From Rickettsia sp. (GTDB taxonomy: Bacteria > Pseudomonadota > Alphaproteobacteria > Rickettsiales > UBA1997): a stretch of DNA of 64,000 bases. Positions 57,701 to 64,000 of the stretch are shown piece after piece. The stretch covers positions 983-64,982 of the forward strand of contig JAYPPA010000010.1 in assembly GCA_038131245.1 (NCBI GenBank). Reading direction: 5' to 3'. The notes under the pieces were generated by a model that made no database searches, was not told where the DNA came from, and saw nothing but the letters and a program-made list of their open reading frames with translations. How positions within the stretch are numbered: the first letter of the stretch is position 1; each line of letters begins with the position of its first letter. A program made the position numbers and the translations under genes.

Positions 57701-60700
57701 TCTTAGAAACTCTTCCAATATAATTATTGATCAAGGTAGTGTTGATTTTCTTTCTGGAGGGTCTATTTTATTAGACGATAGCTATATTAGATCTGATAAT
57801 TCAATCTTAAATGCCAATTCTATTGCAATTGCAAATAATTCTAATATTTTAACTAATTATATAGAGCTAAATTCTAATCATGGCGATATTACTATAAATT
57901 CTAGCAATATTATTACTGAGGATATATTGATATCAGCATCAACAAACAATTTTTTAATTGAAAATTCTTCTAATCTTAGCGTTGGTAATGATATGGATAT
58001 TGAAACCGCTGGAAGTATTAGAATAAATCTAAGTAGAATTGATGCTGATAGCGTTAATTTGGATAGCAATTCTATAATTATTGAGAATAATTCGGTTGTT
58101 GTTGGAAGTGAGGATGTTGATTTGAGTTCTGATGGGATTTTAAGAGTTGATGAAAGTGATATTGGGTTTGGTAATACTTTGAATTTAAGTGGTTTAAACG
58201 GAGTTAATGTAGTTAATTCTTCGAATATTATTTCTGATGGTGGAAGTACCACCCTTGCCTCTTTATCTGGAGATATTAATGTTAATTTAGGGTACATTAG
58301 AGCTAATGGAGTTAATTTTGATGGTAGAAATATTTTAATTGGTGGATCTGTTATTGATTCTAGCTCTATTGATTTAGATCCTAATGTTGGTAATATTACT
58401 ATAAATTCTAGTGATTTAATAGCTGATGATATATTGATATCGTCAACGACCAATAATTTATTGGTTGAGAATGATTCGAATATTATTGTTACTAATGGTG
58501 CTAATATTGATATTACTGGGGATCTTCGAGTTAATTTGAGTAATATTTTTGCTAGCAATATCAATTTTAATGCAAATGACATTAAAGTTGAAAATGATTC
58601 AAGTGTAGTTGCAGAAGGAGATATTAATGTAAATTCTAATATTGATGTAGCTTTAGATATGGGGAATATCGGCTCTTTCAATGGCAATATTTCGCTGACT
58701 TCTGGTGATGAAGTTATAGCTAGGAATTTTTCTAGTGTGATTGCTGATAACGGAAATATTGACTTTAATTCGACTGCTAATACTCAAATAGCTGCTAGTT
58801 ATATTGGGGCGAATGATTTGAATTTAGCTGGAAGTAGCATTGCGATTGTTGCTGGGGCTAATATAGTTGTTAATAATGTGAATTTGTTGTCAACTGGTCC
58901 AAATGTTACTGTTGGATCTAGTAATATTATAGCTGATAATTTAAATTTTGATGTAAATAGCTTGTTGGTTGAGGGTGATTCGAACATTATTGTAACTGGT
59001 GATGTTGATGTTGATTCTAGTGGCTATATTAGGTTGAATTTAAGTAGGATTGAAGGCGGCAGTGTTGCTTTAAATGCGGCTGGAGTTACTATTGAGAATA
59101 ATTCGGTTATTGTTGGTGGTGAGGATGTTAATGTTGCTTTGAGTGGAACTTTGAGAATTGATTCAAGTGATGTTGGCTCTTTTGATGGAGATATAATTTT
59201 AGCTGCCAATAATATTAACACTATAAATTCTTCAAATTTAATTGCTAATCAAGGGGATGTTCAAATTAATTCGATTACAGATAACATACTTGATTCCAGC
59301 TATATTGATGCAAATAATTTAACTATAAATACTGGTGGAAATATTTATATTAGAAACTCTTCTGAAATTATTACCGATCTAGATGTTAATTTAATTTCTG
59401 GTGAATCCGTAACTTTACAAGCAAGCTACATTCAATCATCTGGATTAAATGTTAATTCTGGAAAAGCTGTGAATGTAAATAATTCTAATATTCTTAGTGA
59501 AAATATAAATTTTGATTCAAGTGGTAATACCAATATTAACTCAAGTAATATTGTATCTAATAATAATTTAAATTTTGATATTACTGATTTGATTAGTGCC
59601 AATTCAAACATTATTGCAACTGAAAATATTAATATAAACTCAACTGGAAATGTTGCTGTTAACTTAGGTAGAATCGAGGCAAATAGAATTAACATTATTG
59701 CAAATAATGTGGTTGCTGAAAATAATTCTAATATTATTACTAGCCAAGATGTTGAATTTATTTTAACCGGCGACTTTACTGCGGACTCTAGTAATATTGG
59801 ATCTTTCAATGGAAATATACTATTAAGTGCAAACAATATTGCGATTAATAACTCTTCTAATGTAATTTCTAGCACAGGAGATGTTGAAATTACTTCAAAC
59901 GAAAATATTATAATCGATTCTAGTTATGTCGAAACAAATATACTGACTGCAAACTCTGCTGGAGGTATAAATTTAATATCGAGCTACGCTGAATTAAATG
60001 AACTAAACATCGATTCTTCAGATACCTCTATTGCAAATTCTGATATTTTTGCTGAAGATATAAACCTCAATTCAAGTAACTCTATTAGCATAATATCAAG
60101 TGACATCATAGCTAGCAATGATTTGAATTTTGATGCAAACAACTTGTCAATAGAAGCCAGGTCAAATATTGTCGCAACTGGTGATTTTGATGCTAATACA
60201 ACTGGCAATATTAATATCAATTTATCAAGAATTGAAAATGAGAGTATAAATTTTAATGCAAATAATATAACTATTGGGGCCATTTCTAACATTATCGCAA
60301 ATGAAAATATTTCCATGACTTCGAATAATGATATATTATCTGACGCGAGTAATATCGGCTCTTTCAATGGTAATATTTCGCTGACTTCTGGTGATGAAGT
60401 TATAGCTAGGAATTTTTCTAGTGTTATTGCTGATAACGGAAATATTGACTTTAATTCGACTGCTAATACTCAAATAGCTGCTAGTTATATTGGGGCGAAT
60501 GATTTGAATTTAGCTGGAAGTAGCATTGCGATTGTTGCTGGGGCTAATATAGTTGTTAATAATGTGAATTTGTTGTCAACTGGTCCAAATGTTACTGTTG
60601 GATCTAGTAATATTATAGCTGATAATTTAAATTTTGATGTAAATAGCTTGTTGGTTGAGGGTGATTCGAACATTATTGCAACTGGTGATGTTAATGTTGA

Positions 60701-63700
60701 TTCTAGTGGTTATATTAGGTTGAATTTAAGTAGGATTGAAGGTAATAATGTTGATTTAAATGCGGCTGGAGTGACTGTTGAGAATAATTCGGTTGTTGTT
60801 GGAAGTGAGGATGTTGATTTGAGTTCTGATGGGATTTTAAGAGTTGATGAAAGTGATATTGGGTTTGGTAATACTTTGAATTTAAGTGGTTTAAACGGAG
60901 TTAATGTAGTTAATTCTTCGAATATTATTTCTGATGGTGGAAGTACCACCCTTGCCTCTTTATCTGGAGATATTAATGTTAATTTAGGGTACATTAGAGC
61001 TAATGGAGTTAATTTTGATGGTAGAAATATTTTAATTGGTGGATCTGTTATTGATTCTAGTTCTATTGATTTAAATCCTAATATTGGTAATATTACTATA
61101 AATTCTAGTGATATCATAACTAACAACCTATCAATCACACCAACAGTAAATTATTTGTTAGTTGAAAATAATTCTAATATTGATTTAATCAATGCAAACG
61201 ACATAAATTTTATTGTTAATGGTGACTTTAGAATTAACCTAAGTAATATTTTCACCAATCAAGCAAATATTACTGCAAATAATATTTTTATTGAAAATGA
61301 TTCCAATATAATTGCACGGAACAATGTTAATCTTAACTCCAATAATCAGATCCATTTAAATTCGGGAAACATTAGATCTTATAATGATTTAAATTTAGCT
61401 GCAAATTTGATATTAGTTGCAAATAACTCAAAAATAATTACCGATCAAAATTCAAGCATCAACTCTACCACAGACATAATAACTAATCTAGGTTATATAA
61501 GATCTGGTAACCTAAATTTTAATAGCAATAGAGTAATATTTGCAAATAATTCAAATATTATTGGAAATTATGTTAATATAAATCCAAATAGTGGCAATAT
61601 AACAGCAAATTCCAGTAATATTATAGCTCAAAATATAAATATAGATCAAAATACCAATAATATTTTAGTTGAAAATGAATCAAATATCGTCATTGCCAAT
61701 GATTTTAATCTTAATATTAATGGTAATGTGATGGTAAACTTAAGCAACATCTTTGCCGACGATATAAACTTTAATTCTAATGGTCATATTACATTTGAGA
61801 ACAGCTCAAATGTAATATCCCAAGGTGAATCTAGATTAAACTCGTCAGACAATATAAGGCTTGATTCTGCAAATATTAGCGCTAGTGGATTATATTTGGT
61901 AGGTAATAATCTAAATATCGTAAATAATTCTAATATAATATCTGATTCAAGTGTTGGACTAAACTCCACAGCAACCATTAACATTAATAATAGCGACATT
62001 AGGTCAAATAATATGTTTGCAAACGCTAATATCATTAACTTAGAAAATAACTCTAATATTGCCGCTGGTGAAAATGTAAATTTCCTTACCACTCAAGGAT
62101 TTATCAATGTTAATTACTCCAATATTCGATCTAACAATATAAATCTTATTAGTGCAAATAACCTAACTATTGCAAATAATGCCAATATCGTAGCAAATAA
62201 TAGCTCCAACCTAACATCTAACACAAATCTACTCGTTAATAATGCCAATGTTAGAGCAAGCACTCTTAATGCTAGCGCAAATTCTGTTGTTTTTGAAAAT
62301 AATTCAAACTTAGTAAGTGAAAATATTGCCAATATATCATCTTTTTTAGATCTTAGATTTACTTCAAGCAATGTAAGATCAAGCAACTTAAATTTAAGGG
62401 GTAGCAGAATATTTATCAACGACAACTCTAATATAGTAGCGCTCGGAGCTAACAGTAATTTTACTTCCAATACAGATATAGAATTTAATTTAAGTGACGC
62501 AACTTTGAGTAATATCACTTTTAATGCTAAAAACACATCATTTGTTAATTTCTCAAATGCAGCAATAGGAAATGCTACCTTTAATATTACCGGCGATATA
62601 GACAACAACAGCAGGGTTGCAATTGATCAATCTTCAAAAATTTTAAGCACCACAAATACCGATAGATCCTCTAATACTATAAACATGACTTCAAATGACC
62701 GCAGAACTGGCGTTGATTTTGCAACTATAGCTAACTCCAATAGAATCGATTTTATCAACAATGGACAAATTATTTCTGAAAATGGCCTATCCATAATATC
62801 TGATGGTAATATTTCTCTACTTGCCAATAGTGTACTTTCTTCTGCAAATGAAACTTATGTTGAATCTAGGCATGGTAATATTCGTAACATACCAGGTGCA
62901 GAAATAATTACCGGCGGCAGCCTGACCTTAAGCGCTATAAACGGCTTAGTTGGTCAATATAGTAGAAATAGTGTGTCTGTTGATGGTAATCACATTATCT
63001 CCGCTGCGAGCTACACAAATACCGGAAGAGTTGATATTTCTGGCGACTTAACAATGAATATCACAAATGACTTGATTAATGAGGCCGGAGCCTTGATTTA
63101 CGCTGGAAATGATATGTTTTTAAATATTGGTAATAATTTAATTAACAATCAAAATGCAGCCATTTATGCTGGAAATAATTTAACGATCAGAAAATTAGAT
63201 CCAACTGCTCCTGGGTATGATGCAAACAACAATAATTTAAATCAAATAGACAATATCGCAGGAACAATTGAATCCGGCAGAAGTATTCTAATTAATGCAA
63301 GCGCTTTAAATAATACTGGAATTGATTATGACCCTGATACGAGTGGATTCTTTGGGTATAACATCAATTACCTAGTTCACAGAGGTGGACATGGAGAAAA
63401 TTTCTACAACTTAATGCAAGAAGATCAGGCTGTTTCTACCTTAAGGACCATTCAAGCATTTATTAGCTCTGGTGAAAACATAACCATTAATAATGCCAAT
63501 GTTCACAACTACAGTAGCTCAATTACAGCCCAAGGAAATATCTCCATTAACAACGGATCACTTAATAACGAAACCTCATCAAGACTTGTTACTGGACTTA
63601 GAAGGCAATATGGCAAACACTGGAGAACAAAACACCATAGGTGTAATTGGAGACGCTGCAGTCATTATGAGGTTGATCATTGGCACGATTATTGGCAAAC

Positions 63701-64000
63701 CTACGATGTAAACATAAGATCATCAGAAAATGCAAATATAAAAGCCGGAGGAAACTTTACCTTAAATGGAGTTAATCAAATTAATAATGGTTACCTTAAT
63801 AACTCACTTGGCGCTCAGATTTTAGTAACAAACCCACTATTAATAACAGATATTTTAGACACCGGCGCGATCGCCATCGATTTTAGCGAATATTTCACTG
63901 ATATTAGTGCTCAAAGCGTCACCGCCCAAACAGAATCCATCACAGCTCAAAATTCTGCCTCACTATCTGAAAACCGAAGTATCAATAGCAACGCACGAAA
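54729..64000 (+). CDS. giant TpsA-type (filamentous haemagglutinin-like, two-partner secretion) exoprotein; more than 3090 codons, 3' end beyond the window
   Basis: Own translation. Signal peptide [47 protein letters not shown]. TPS domain ..[35 protein letters not shown].., with NPNL at 55104 and ANPNGI at 55227. Then kilobases of N/S/I/D/G/V-rich beta-helix-type repeats. Stretches at 55941-58140, 59220-59760 and 63480-64000 were translated by hand with no stop. No plus-strand ORF is listed here, which is consistent with edge truncation. Confidence 0.88.
   Translation, partial: [3090 protein letters not shown]
56428..56889 (+). repeat. cassette A copy 1 (462 bp)
   Basis: Reads identical to 58081-58542 by eye. 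Confidence 0.85.
56888..57040 (+). repeat. cassette C copy 1 (about 150 bp)
   Basis: Roughly 90 percent identical by eye to 59045-59197. Offset 2157 bp (3 x 719). Confidence 0.65.
58081..58542 (+). repeat. cassette A copy 2 (462 bp)
   Basis: Offset from copy 1 is 1653 bp (3 x 551), so it is in frame. Confidence 0.85.
58665..59056 (+). repeat. cassette B copy 1 (about 392 bp)
   Basis: Matches 60351-60742 with about 5 mismatches by eye. Confidence 0.8.
59045..59197 (+). repeat. cassette C copy 2 (about 150 bp)
   Basis: See copy 1. Here it follows cassette B rather than cassette A. Confidence 0.65.
60351..60742 (+). repeat. cassette B copy 2 (about 392 bp)
   Basis: Offset from copy 1 is 1686 bp (3 x 562). 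Runs directly into cassette A copy 3. Confidence 0.8.
60731..61112 (+). repeat. cassette A copy 3 (partial, about 382 bp)
   Basis: Matches 56381-56762 with 3 mismatches seen by eye. Offset 4350 bp (3 x 1450). Confidence 0.8.

Noticed and set aside
55943-62827. Series of minus-strand ORFs in the track (55943-57121, 57878-58687, 58799-58987, 59024-59221, 59432-59875, 59984-60367, 60485-60673, 60710-61138, 61784-62092, 62114-62608, 62627-62827), several with identical peptides.
   Set aside because: They are antisense shadows of the giant plus-strand gene. Its codon set (AAT, GAT, ATT, AGT, GTT, GGT) rarely creates stops on the opposite strand. The peptides are low-complexity Leu/Ile/Ser/Pro strings, and their identity only mirrors the DNA cassettes. 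The plus frame carries a bona fide TPS domain.
63493-63711. 72-aa plus-strand ORF near the window end.
   Set aside because: It lies in a different frame inside the open exoprotein frame. It is kept only as a flag for a possible local frameshift (see finding).
1-64000. Search for transposases, integrases, IS inverted repeats, prophage genes, toxin-antitoxin pairs and known defence systems.
   Set aside because: No ORF in the window carries motifs I can assign to these classes. The accessory spots are gene remnants and orphan genes rather than intact mobile elements.

Overview
AT-rich bacterial chromosome segment. The gene content looks like a host-associated alphaproteobacterium of the Rickettsiales/Holosporales type, based on an IalB-like protein, an ankyrin protein, cbb3 oxidase and a large NAD-GDH. 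This is inference only. About 54 kb is densely packed housekeeping DNA. It carries dnaX, SRP RNA, ispB, trmD, a truncated dcw block (ddl-ftsQ-ftsA) and two class A PBPs flanking an amidase. It also carries pabCB, nrdA, an LPP20 lipoprotein operon, an M16 peptidase, an ABC-F ATPase, gdhB and infC. Further along are rsmI/lpoA, a TAXI binding protein, a GltP-type symporter, lolA-tolR-tolA, gap, hslU, engB, kdsB, pepA and ccoNOQ. Three tRNAs are present: Leu-GAG, Lys-UUU and Ser-GCU. The main feature is absent from the ORF track. From 54729 to the window end a single plus-strand frame stays open for more than 3090 codons. It encodes a TpsA / filamentous-haemagglutinin-type exoprotein with a textbook TPS secretion domain. 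Its body is built from roughly 0.5-0.6 kb super-repeats. Some of these are near-identical DNA cassettes reshuffled in frame at a conserved junction motif. No TpsB transporter lies upstream. Accessory-looking spots include an ankyrin protein and a GC-richer 449-aa orphan beside tRNA-Lys, which share a C-terminal tail. A decayed att-like repeat islet with a class III Fic gene follows tRNA-Ser, at the position where ccoP would be expected. There is also a MerP/MerT-like metal module and several gene remnants. Twelve near-consensus sigma70 promoters (TTGACA-like, 17 nt spacer, TATAAT) are readable. One of them has no gene for about 460 bp. No CRISPR array, rRNA, transposase or integrase gene was seen.
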